Below, piece after piece: positions 11,854-22,499 of a DNA stretch of 36,685 nucleotides. The notes beneath the pieces are model-generated. The model was given only the letters and a program-made list of their open reading frames with translations. It did no database searches and was not told where the DNA came from. Origin of the DNA: Vicugna vicugna. Lineage: Eukaryota. How positions within the stretch are numbered: position 1 is the stretch's first letter; each line of letters opens with the position of its first letter. The translations under genes and the position numbers were made by a program. The stretch covers positions 1-36,685 of the forward strand of contig MU057632.1 of NCBI GenBank assembly GCA_013265495.1, read 5' to 3'.

Positions 11854-11974
11854 GGGGAGTATAGCTCAGGCTTAGAGTATGTGCTTAGCATGCACAAGGT
11901 CCTGGGTTCAATCCCCAGTACCTCCATTAAAAAATAAACAAACAATATCTACATACTGCCCCTCCTCAAAAGAC
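11854..11974 (+). mobile_element. tRNA-derived SINE, vic-1-like (camelid)
   Basis: ggggagtatagctcagg (A box), ggttcaatccc (B box), A-rich tail. TSD aaaaacaatgaagat (11834-11848) / aaaaccaatgaatat (11975-11989), 13/15, at a TT|AAAA L1-endonuclease site. Confidence 0.85.
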
Positions 11975-12110
11975 AAAACCAATGAATATCATTATTAACA
12001 TGCATTTTAAAAGATTAGCAAAACTCTGTGTCACCCCAGTGTTTCCAGCAGATGTGATTCCATCCCCATGATGGTTACTAAAAAAGCCACAGGAGTCCAG
12101 GTTCACTTAC

Positions 12111-12240
12111 AGTTCTTGCCTCTTCCCGTCATCCGACCTCCTTCCCCATCAGGATACAGGGAGGACACGGTGATGGTGTAAGGAGCATCGGGCTTCAGCT
12201 GCTGCAGGACCACACTGTTCTGTCATCCGCCTATCCTGGT
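12111..12240 (-). pseudogene. COL12A1: COL12A1 pseudo-exon A (130 nt)
   Basis: tcaag|ACC...AAC T|gtaagt. Reads [45 protein letters not shown] at 12223-12225. Splicing to exon B would create T|AA = TAA. Confidence 0.93.
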
Positions 12241-12420
12241 CTTGAGTAAAACAGGGACAATTGTGAGCTTTGCTCTCTCCAGCTCACTTATCTGTTAGAA
12301 AAAGCTCTTTCTACAGGGGAGCTATTAGAGACCTCTGCCAAGATCTGGAGACACATCCCACTGTGAAAGTTTAAAATTTATCTTAGGGAATCATTTTAAG
12401 TGTAAACTATGCACCTTAAG

Positions 12421-12474
12421 TCATAAAAACGGTTTTAAGCCTTAAACTGGTGACCTTAAAAAGATATTTCAACT
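12421..12474. repeat. 54-bp dispersed direct repeat, copy 1
   Basis: tcataaaaacggttttaagccttaaactggtgaccttaaaaagatatttcaact, 50/54 identical to 13617-13670. Confidence 0.92.
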
Positions 12475-13105
12475 GGCTAGTGGCCAGCACTGTAAAATTT
12501 CATCCAAAACACATTTCACAGATCTCTTCTCCAAAAAGGCATTAATTCTAAGTGAGCTGCAAAAGAACTTGATGATAGCAGAGAACTGCGTAATAGTAGA
12601 GGCCACAGTTCCCAGCTTTGCAAATCCCTGACCCACGTGATGCCACAAGACACAGCTGCCATCTCTTCTTGAAACTGGGTCCCCAGTCCTAGAAGCTGAA
12701 AGCCCTATGGAAGGAATGTGTGGCGCTCCTGTCTTCCCACTGCCCTTCAGGGGAGTTAGGAAACCCTCCTCACTCCCCTAAAGGGGGTAAAGATGGGTTC
12801 CTGGAATTCCAACTCTGAGTACTCACCCCTCTCCTCTAGGAGATGTTGTCAGGTATGGTGATTTGGTTCTATGGTAGGGTCAGCATGGAACAATTGCATG
12901 TGAATTATAAAGTGGGTTACTTTCACAGGCTCTTATGGGTTGGCTGGAGAACCTGCCTTTAAAGATAACAATTTATATGTGAAATATACTAGATGAGTGT
13001 CAAATTCTAAATAACAAAACTGGCTTGGAAACACAATTCGCTTGCAAGGTAAGAGATACCCAACCACAGAACAAATCACGTAGAGCTGTAAAACACATCA
13101 TTTAC

Positions 13106-13324
13106 CAGCTATAGAATTTCTGCCATAGAAGTTTCTCTGGTGGCCAGTTCTTTGTGTTGCTATTGTTGTTGTTATTAATACAAGTATGCGCATATTCAGG
13201 TGGAATAAAAGTAACTGAGATTAAGAACTTTTTTTTAAGGCTTCCATTTTCAAAACAATGAAATTCATCAAAGCTGCGCTTTGTAGGAGGCAGAGAGGAT
13301 CTTGGGAGTATTTCAGTTAATGAC
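13106..13324 (-). other. Candidate internal exon (219 nt), origin unknown
   Basis: Strong acceptor ggttttattttcag|G, donor CTG|gtaaat. Length divisible by 3 and one frame open throughout (SLTEILPRSS...QKFYS). No homology recognised. Confidence 0.3.
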
Positions 13325-13616
13325 CTGAAAATAAAACCCGGCAAATTTTTCTTTTTATACATGTCTGCATTTTGTCAAAAGCCTGTTTGGTAATGAATCC
13401 AAATGACTGTTGAGAAGACAGAGTTTAGTAAAGTTGGTGGTATTACAAATCTCTCATAGAATTTACTTTTCCTTATAATCAAATATTTTATCTGAGACTT
13501 TTATTTCCAAAGTGTGGAATATTTCATTGTTATTCTACAAGTAAGGAAAGGTTTAAGAGGTTCTCCAGCACAAATATACTTCTAATTATAACTCTCAAGA
13601 TCACCATGTTTAAAAA

Positions 13617-13670
13617 TCATAAAAAAGATTTTAAGCCTTAAACTGGTGAACTTAAAAAGATATTTGAACT
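13617..13670. repeat. 54-bp dispersed direct repeat, copy 2
   Basis: tcataaaaaagattttaagccttaaactggtgaacttaaaaagatatttgaact, 50/54 identical to 12421-12474. Confidence 0.92.
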
Positions 13671-16600
13671 AAACAGGGGAAATAGGAGAAATAGTATAGT
13701 GTCATTTGAGAAGCTTAAGTATAATACAAATGTAAGTTTATCACCTAAACTTCATTTTTGGCGACTTTGATTTTCCCCCCAAGAAACTCAAGAACACAGT
13801 ATTCCATGATCTATCCATATAATTCCACCCATTCTAATTAGTCAATTTTTCAACTTATTAAAAAAGAAAACTGCTATCATGCACAACGGCCCCATATACT
13901 CGAGCTGGGAAGATGATGCATTGATCAGTAAACATTATCTAGGGTATCTATGAAAGGAGCCCATTTTGTTGCACAAAATCTTTCCCTGAAATCACTCTTT
14001 TTCTCTGGACCCAGCAGCCCAACAGCACACGCTGTTCAATGGGCAGCCACGGGGATGGGTTCTGTGTCCCACACTGATGCCAGAGGATGATCTGACTCCT
14101 AAAGGACTTAGTTCCACTGCAGAGGTAGACAGCTTGTTTTAGAAGAATTAAAGCTAGATAATGACCAAATAAAGAGAATAAAAAGCCATAACCACACAAG
14201 ACCAGGAATAATAATAAACGGCATTTTTTGAAGAAATGCCAGCTCACAAAGATTCACTATCACCACATAGGCTGCAGGCACATGACGATGCTATTAGCAG
14301 CATAACAAAGGGCATTAAATTAGAAGAAATAAACATCCCTTCAGATGATGATTTAAACAACGAAAGTAACATTTCTATATGTCCATTATGTCCCCACTTA
14401 AGGACTATACTCTCAGCCTGTCATGACCATAATAGGTTGGCTTTATAGCAAATTTATAAGCATTAAACTGGAAAGCAATAATGTAAAGTAAGATAATTGA
14501 ATATGGAACTTGGAAGAGTTAACAGAAAGTACAAAACACTGAAATTCTAAGTACTCATAAGAGGGTTACACAGCAGAAAATTTCAAAACAATGATGAATA
14601 ACAATTCAAAAAATTTCATGCATTAATCCAAAGTTCAATTCTTTTCTAGAATTCCCAGGCTTACTGTAACTTTTGTTATTAGCACTTTCCTTTTTCTCAC
14701 AACACACACAGCAGTGTTTTCAATCCTACATACAGATCCTAATGCCTTCCTGTCACTCAGACCCTTGGTTGATATGATGCCTTCCTGGGTGACCTACTTG
14801 TAAAGATCCTTTGCTCGTTTCTTGAATTGTGTCTATTCTGTCTTCCCTGGCAGCTGGAGAGCATGGACCAGATATTAGACTCCCTAACCTTTCCTAAAGT
14901 CAAGTGCAGAGAATGGTGCGCTGGGGTCACTCAGGAAATAGGACCCATTAGTTAGTATTTTAGCCCTGATGAGCCTCAGCAATTTCCCACAAACTACCAG
15001 CTTAAAACTTAACCTAATTCAAGAATAAAGATGGTACAGTCAACGTAGGAAATCATCCACCAGACGATTCTGCGTGTTACTTCTAAGCAAGTTAACTGTT
15101 TATATTCACCTCTAATCTCTCTTTTAGAATCTAGGTTTTCATATTTACCATCCAGAAGACTGTTTTCTATCCTCCAAAATGGTATAAATGCATCCACTTA
15201 AGAATTAGCTAAAAGACAATGTATGGAAAACGACAATGCTCAGTTTTAGACTCAACATTTTCTCCCCAAGGATGTCCAGATGTTGACTTTTGCCCTCTCT
15301 TTTTGTCTCTCTCACCATCTTTGACACAGTTACCTTCTAATGCTCATTGGAAATTTTTAAATATTCATATAATTATGTTATTGAGATGATGCATTAAGTA
15401 AAAGTAAGGAATTTGATTATGCGAGATACATGTTTAACTTGCTGGCTTAGTGGTCACCATTCTCTACACTTTTCCCCACATATCTTCCTGATTAAGAGGT
15501 TATTTAGTTTGTTATCAAATCTGTGTGCATGCTCCAATCTGCACATGTGCTCGACACACGCGATTCTAAGGAGACATACTGCTGTGTGGCATCTGCCCAA
15601 ACTCCCACTGGTAAATGTCTGTATCACCCGAGTGCTTCTCATGAGGCACAGCCGAACTCCACCAGGTTTTTCTATTTACTTGTTAAAATGATACAGCAGA
15701 GAAACCAAAACATTTACATTCATTCCACAGAAAATCCCGGAGCCCAAAGTTCAATTTTGAATATACAGTTTAATTTTATACTAAATATCATGGCACTACA
15801 TTTAAATCACTGACATATCATTACTACATTTTCTTTAGCATAAGCTATATTACAGTGAATAAAACACTTCCACTTCAGAACAATTTGATATGTTCTTGCC
15901 TATTCCTATAATGTCCGAGTGAGTAGAATAAAAAGCTAAATGGCTGCATGTCATGTTTAGGGTTATGCAACACTCAGTAACTAAGAGGTAATTGTAATTC
16001 TGAACACCGCAATGCTAGTTAGTATTTTAGTTATTATCCATTAAATGAATACATGTTTTTCCACACCTGAAATACACTGAAAAGGGATTTTCTTTCTTTC
16101 TTTCTTTTTTGAAAAGGGATTTTTTTGAAAATTAAGCAGGGAAAAGTTTGTTAGGGGCCGGTAATAGGAGGCAAAGACAGGCTGAGTCACCAATTCATCA
16201 CTGTAACAATTCTGCCTTCCATATAATACTATGAGGGTTTTTTTGGCACCACATTCTTCACTAAAGAGTGAACAGAAAGGCACTTCTGATTCCGTTAATT
16301 AACCACTGAACAACTGATATGTGCTCCATCATAAGGCTCTTACTTGGTCAAACATTAGAAAGTTTTCATTACAGGCACAAAATACATCAAATACAAATCA
16401 AACTATATGGAAATTTTGTTAGAAAATTCATCTGGGTTATTCTATTTGTAGATTTTGGTCTGTAATTTTTTTCTGGTATAAAAGTACTATCTATGCATGT
16501 ACTTCTTCTGAATATGTCACTAACAAGCATTAAATTAGCATATATGGTTCTGCGAATCGGGCCAGGAACTAGGGAGGCTTCATATCCTTTGAAGAGAGAC

Positions 16601-17083
16601 TGAGGGAAAGGGAGACCATGCTCGGGGAAAATAAACGTTAGGGAACTGGGCATCCAAACAAACAAACAAACTAGACAAGAAATTACTCATATCTCTAAAA
16701 AGAATGCACGGTATTTAACTGTCCATATCATTTTTACTTCCATTCTAGATCTTCCTCACACGATTTTCACTGGTTAGGCAGATACAGGGAGAAAACGTTT
16801 TTTTAATCCAGCAACTCCCTCCTTAGTAAGAAGAAAAGGCAAAAAGATGACTCTGTCTTTAGCTAAAAGACCTATAATTTAAAATTCCAGTACTCACTAA
16901 GGAAGCTGGGGTAATTTTACGCAAAGTCTGAGCAGTACATCAGTAAAGTGAAAAAAAAAAATCATGACAGTGTATGACATAAAAACAGCCCGTATTTAAA
17001 TTTAAAGATTGCCCAAACAGGTACGGTATAATCTAGTTACGGACACTAAGTGCTTGGAAACCTTCCTACTTCTCTTCACTTAC

Positions 17084-17170
17084 CTTTTCCTGTTTCCTTC
17101 TAGTAGCTTAAGATTCGGCTCCCAACATGTAAAAAAGTAATACGTATTACGGAAATTCAGAAATAGTTAT
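17084..17170 (-). other. Candidate non-coding exon 2 (87 nt)
   Basis: cccttcccctcag acceptor and consensus AAG|gtaagt donor. Stops in all three frames. The upstream 105-nt intron is rich in G-triplets. Confidence 0.55.
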
Positions 17171-17229
17171 CTGAGGGGAAGGGTGCTACATAGTTCTAGT
17201 GCATCTCCATTCTAACATCCCCATGACCT

Positions 17230-17840
17230 CGCGTCTTCCACCCCGCACCCCAGGCAGCCACAGCACCCCACTCACCTAGGGAAATAAGCGTATTCACCAT
17301 GTAAACTACTGCCTTTCTGGAGCACGTCACGCTGCCGCCCGGGCAAGAGGCCCAGGAAACTGCGGAAGAGTAGCCAGGCCCCCTCCTTGGCCCAGCGTGA
17401 AGCCCTGGAGCCCCGGTCGGCGCGCTCACGCCCCGAGACCGGGGCACCCAGTGGCCTCGCGACGGCGGGGTCTCCCGCGGCCTGAGTCTCCGTGACAGCG
17501 CCCCAGTATTTCCACCTCCTCCGCGCTCCCGCCGCCGCCGCGGCCACACACCCGCCGCCTTTGGGCCGTAAAGCCCGCGCGGGGCCGCGGTCCGCCAACC
17601 CCGCGCAGAGGCAGGAGGCCCGCACTCGGCCCGGCCGCCCCCACCATCTCCCGGGGGCCGCGGCCGCCCCCGGGCCCTCCCCGGAGACCGCCCGCCTCTC
17701 CGCGCAGGAGCAGGTCCCGGCCAAGGCACCCGCTCCAGTAGTTTGCAGGCCGTCAGACCCCCGCCCGCAGTAACTGTGTTCTTCATCCCCGTGGCTGGAG
17801 AAGGAGATATTTAGCAACTCCCGCTGTTCCCTGCCTTCGC
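17230..17840 (-). promoter_or_regulatory. CpG island / promoter with candidate first exon ending at donor TAG|gtgagt (exon end 17276)
   Basis: Very GC- and CpG-rich (many CCGCGG/GCCGCC) within AT-rich flanks. GC boxes, X-box-like GTCTCCGTGACAGC (17486-17499), CRE/E-box-like GCACGTCA (17322-17329). Confidence 0.7.
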
Positions 17841-17850
17841 TTAAAAAAAG

Positions 17851-18009
17851 AACAGGTAAATATACACAAGATCTTATGGCAGCTCACAGAGAAAAAAATA
17901 TGACAATGAATATATATATGCTCATGTATAACTGAAAAACTGTGCTCTACACTGGAATTTGACACAACATTGTAAAATGATTATAAATCGTAAAAAATGT
18001 TAAAAAAAA
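17851..18009 (+). mobile_element. Short 5'-truncated young L1 3' end with A tail
   Basis: 'acaagatcttatggcagctcacagagaaaaaaatatgacaatgaatatatatatgctcatgtataactgaaaaactgtgctctacactggaatttgacacaacattgtaaaatgattataa' matches the artiodactyl/camelid L1 3' terminus as I recall it. Confidence 0.8.
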
Positions 18010-19774
18010 TCTCTGACATAAAATACAAATAGGTTGCCAGTCTAAATGGGTGTGTGGGCAAGAGGAGGGGGAGAAGTATCCTAGAGCACCTACCAAACTG
18101 TTTAATTTTTCTCTTACTAAGTGTTCCATCAGATGAACCTAAGTGATCTACTAGTTTGCCGGAAATAAAATAAGGAACAGGGTTACATTTTGAAAGTGGT
18201 TTCGCCCATTGCAATGGACAAGAACTTCTAGTGTGTATTTTCTCTGTATCTGTGTTTTAGAGTTTGGCAACCTATCAAATATATGTCTTGTGTGACTTAT
18301 TTCACGTATGAATTTTTTCATAAATGATGAAGTTTTCATTCTTTAATAGAAAGGTAGAATTAGGATATGGATTATTTTACAAACTATTTAAACAAACCTT
18401 TGAAAGTTTAAAAAGACAAGAGCAAAGAAAAATATGTATTTGATTAAATAAAGCATTTATCAACTCCAAAAAATTGCATTAGTGCATTGATACAATTAAG
18501 AAAAGTTTATTCATCTCACAAATACAGTTATTTCTTAAGACACAAGCACCCCAAGTCTTAATATAATGCTACTGTACCTCCAACCTGCCTTCTTACACTC
18601 AGTAGTTCCAGATATCAAATCATGACCTTTAACTCCTGGAAAAACAGACTGATACAATATTCATTTGGCTATAGCTAAGTAAATGTAAGGAATTCAACAA
18701 AATGTTAATGTACCCAAAAACTCAATTCAGAAAAACTGCTTTTGTCTAGCAGGCTATTAATAGAATACCACATTATATTATTCATTATTTTTCAGATTTT
18801 GAAGCTCAGTTCAGGTATGTTTCTTGGCATACACCTAAACAAAAATGGCTTTAAAACAAACGTGTTTTTAGAAACAAACATTTCTTCACTGTAGAACAGT
18901 GCTTATATTTTACAAAGCTACACAACCTACATCTTAGAATAAATGAGTCAAGTGAAAAAAGAGAACCCTGCTGGGTTACGACCATCCTAACAGAGAAATA
19001 CAAAAAACTCAACAAGCATGTAAAATCAGATTACTCAAATTCTATGTGACTCTACAGTAAGGTCTTATGAAAATTTCGCAGTCTCCTTCATTTCTACCCA
19101 TGTCCTGCCCTTCCATACCACTCTCGATTTTACTTTATGTTTAATACAACTGTATGACTTTTTCTGATAATTTCCTCTTTCTGCCAAAGCACAAAGCATA
19201 CCTATATGGTCACACGCTGTAAAACAGCTCCACAGATTTTTGTTGATTGTTAATGAAATGTAGAAGCAACTAATCTATTTTTATAGAGAAAAATGACTAC
19301 ATAGATTGTTCAAAACAGACTGCTTGGATGATTAACACAAGACTGATTTGACATATGTGAACATATTAAAGCATGGAAACAAAACTCATTTTCAGGTGCC
19401 ATTTTCATTAGTATCTATTCCTTCTGATGAAAAGAAATCTCATCTTTACTGTTTCTCAATCACCTCCATCTCTTGATCACAAGTTTAAGTCAAATGTCAC
19501 TTTGTAAACAACCATGCCTTTCCTCCGTTTTTGATAGCGCTTCCAAACAGAAGTTTCAAAACAACTCTGAATAGCAAACGCATTACTGTACTTTAAACAG
19601 AGTAATGTTTTCTACCTCATATTTCAGGAAGGTTAAAACATACACAACACACACAAACCTAGGCAAGGATCATCACTGTAGACAACAGATTCTAAGTCAG
19701 TTTAGTAACTCTTCAGGTAGATTAGGTAACACTTGTTTTTTGTTTGTTTTTATTTTTGTTTTTTTACTTAAGAA

Positions 19775-20042
19775 GACATGATGGCTAAACACAATGTGGG
19801 ATCCTGGCTAGAAGCCTACAATGGAAAAAGGGACATTAGATAAAAACTAAAAAATCCTGAATGAAGTAAGGACTTTACTTCATAGTGTATCAGTATTGGT
19901 TTATTTAGCTATGATAAATGTACTAGACTAACATAAGATGTTAACAACAGGGAGATGTTAACAAATGTGAGAACTCTCTGTACTATCTTTACAACTTTTC
20001 TGTAAGTTGAAAGCTATTCTCAAATAAAGTTTATTTAAAAAA
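19775..20042 (+). mobile_element. Ancient L1 (L1MC-like) 3' end
   Basis: 'caatgtgggatcctggct', 'gataaatgtactagactaacataagatgttaacaacaggga', 'gaactctctgtactatctttacaacttttctgtaa', AATAAA. Confidence 0.75.
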
Positions 20043-22499
20043 CACAGCGTGTGCTACCTTGTGAGAACAAACAAAACAGCTTGCTGGACGCCAGAAGGCT
20101 ACCCCTGATACATAATGCGATCCCTGAGAAAGGAGAAACTCTGCTGGATTCCTCCAGGGTCAGCAGAGTGGGTCTGCTGAACACCTGAGACAGGAGGATG
20201 AATAAAAAAGCCCTTTGGGAGGGGCCCCACTCACTGCTGAGTGACTTTTAGGTGGGATGGGGTGGGGGAAAGAGTATTTTGGTACAACAGTGCAAAGCAG
20301 TGTAGGGACCACTACTAAAGCAGCCCAGATGGGACAGGAAGCTGCCTCTGGGGCCTTGTGGAGTGGATTATGTGGGTGCTAATCAATGAGGAATTGCACC
20401 TTACAGGGGGCTACAACAGGCAGATTGCATCTCAAGCTTTGTAAACAGAAATTTAAAATATTAGCTTTTGAATTAAAGTGCCACAGAATGGTTTCTGGCG
20501 TACAGCATGTCTCAATCATACATATACATACATGTATTTGTTTTCTAATCCATGCATTGTAACCTGACTAAACTTCAATAAAAAAGAGAAAGGAAAAATA
20601 AACCAAATTTTCTTCCTCCCCCCCAAAATGCCACAGAATGAAAGAAGATGGATTTGAGGGAGGCCATTCCCATGTTGGCATTAACTGAGCATATATATAA
20701 AATATATATACAGATATGTGTGGGTGGGTGGGTGTGTCTGTGTTTATCACTGCCTTGACTGATAATTTGAGGATAAAAATGACAATCCAGGATAAACTGT
20801 TTTTTGTGGACAAGAAAGAATGCATAGTTTTTGGAAATTTTTTTTTCTGGGACATAGCCAGGATAAGTGTACTTGTTTTTAAACTAACTACAAATCAAAC
20901 AAAATCTCTTATTTTTTTTAATAACTCACAATACCTGCTACCAACTGCTAGATTAGATAAGGCAGAAAAAAAGGGCTATGTGTTCTGAACTGTGCTTACC
21001 CAAAATCTAGATCTAGTCACTTTACATTTTAGGAGGTGCCTCTTTCCGAGATAATCAAGACACTTTACAATAGAGAATTTAGATTTAATCATCAAACTTT
21101 AATACCATGTTGTATAGGTCATGTGAGTATGTGTGTCTTTCTCCAGAACAAAGAGATTCAGAGTAATAGATTTCAGATTTCATAGTAGAAACACCAAGAT
21201 ATGTTTTGAGAATGTTATTTACCGTAACACAAATCAATATTAAATGCTTTATGCAGGAAGCACACTTTTATTAAATGGGCCCTAAAGCTTTCTGGGATCC
21301 AACCCTAATTACTAGAGCAGGATCTAGTAATCTGCCGTTTGTCTCTCTCTTCAATTATTTACAGGGCAAAAAGAGCCAAATGGCATTAAATTAGCTCTAT
21401 TAAATGCTATGTACTTGGTTTCTAACATACTAATGGTACATAAAAATTACTAAGGTGAGTGTAGTAGACACACGGCCTCTTTCCTGCTTCACCTGTTACT
21501 TGTTATTCATATAGTTAAGTGTTGAACAGGCTGTGCTTTAGGTACTCAATGCTGCATAATTTAAACAAGGGCATTAAACATATATATCTAAAAGGCAGTG
21601 CCTAAATTACATCTCAACATTTCTTTGAACAACTTACACTTGGAAAGTAGCTCACCGAAATCCAGTACCTCCCTCCAGACCCTGAAAACAAATACAGTGG
21701 CGACCGCACAGAAATGACTGTCTTTCCTGCTACCACCTTGCTGCTTTCTGGCCACTCAAACTAACTTGAAAATGAGGAGGAGGTTACAAATGAGGGCCTT
21801 GAGGGCTAAGAAATTTCTGGTCTCTATTCTGACAACTGTCCCTTTTACGTGGACAAATACAGAGCTATGGTGTAGGTACGGAACATGGACCCCACACACT
21901 ATAAGACAAGCTTAGCAAGTTTGCATCAAGGAGTCTTGCACCAGGCCAGAAATGCCCTCTGCCAGCAAGCAGGGCACAACTACAGCCTCCCAGAGAAAGT
22001 GTAGGCACTGTGTCCAAACTAGTCTTCTGTGATCCAGAAGGGCCCTGGAGTCCTGACAGATAGGCTAATTACTGAAGAGGGCTGGTGCCTCCAACTTTCC
22101 CCTCCCGAACGTAGAAGCAGCTTCCAAGGCAGTGAAACTCACTCTTCGGAGACTCTTTTTTTTTTAAGTAAGTTCAAGAGGCATCAAATTCTTATTGTAA
22201 AAATAAGAAAGCCCATTAACAACGTACTCGGGGTCCCTAGAAAGCCAGTCACAATTTTTCATGACTACATGCCACCCGCTGTGTTACCTAAGAATTTCTG
22301 AGACAGCGCCATTGGAAATCCATCTGCAGTAAACACACAAGGTTGTACACTTTTCTACACTAAATGCAAAGTCACTTCTTTCTCTGCACTGACATCTGCC
22401 CATTGTCCCTTTTCTGCAAAAGCTTACAGGAAAGATTTAAAAGGACATCAATGAACGCTGAGTGAACTTTGGCCACCTTCCTACCCAAAACACCAGCAT

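Larger units (their letters stand above)
7511..12240 (-). pseudogene. COL12A1: Unprocessed partial COL12A1 pseudogene (six FNIII-encoding exons with introns)
   Basis: Six minus-strand exons in the native order with alternating phase 0/1 boundaries. They translate to COL12A1 FNIII sequence from '[41 protein letters not shown]' to 'SPTVGDLINEC'. Multiple stops, frameshifts and lost donors. Roughly human exons 32-37 from memory (to verify). Confidence 0.93.

Noticed and set aside
11854..11926. tRNA-Ala gene
   Set aside because: Followed by an A-rich tail and flanked by a TSD, with no oligo-T terminator; it is a SINE head.
7511..12240. Functional COL12A1 gene
   Set aside because: Stops at 12223, 11461, in exon F and at the A/B junction; frameshifts; three of six donors lost; flanking exons not found.
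14798..14853. Small minus-strand exon (ctctccag|...|gtaggt)
   Set aside because: Weak sites and no recognisable peptide; indistinguishable from chance.
17137..17150. 14-bp palindrome GTAATACGTATTAC in the candidate exon
   Set aside because: A palindrome of this length is not unexpected in 37 kb; no further structure supports an RNA element.
17196..17817. 181-196-aa Gly/Arg/Pro-rich ORFs
   Set aside because: Several frames are open because GC-rich CpG islands contain few stops; they read through a consensus splice donor; no known homology.
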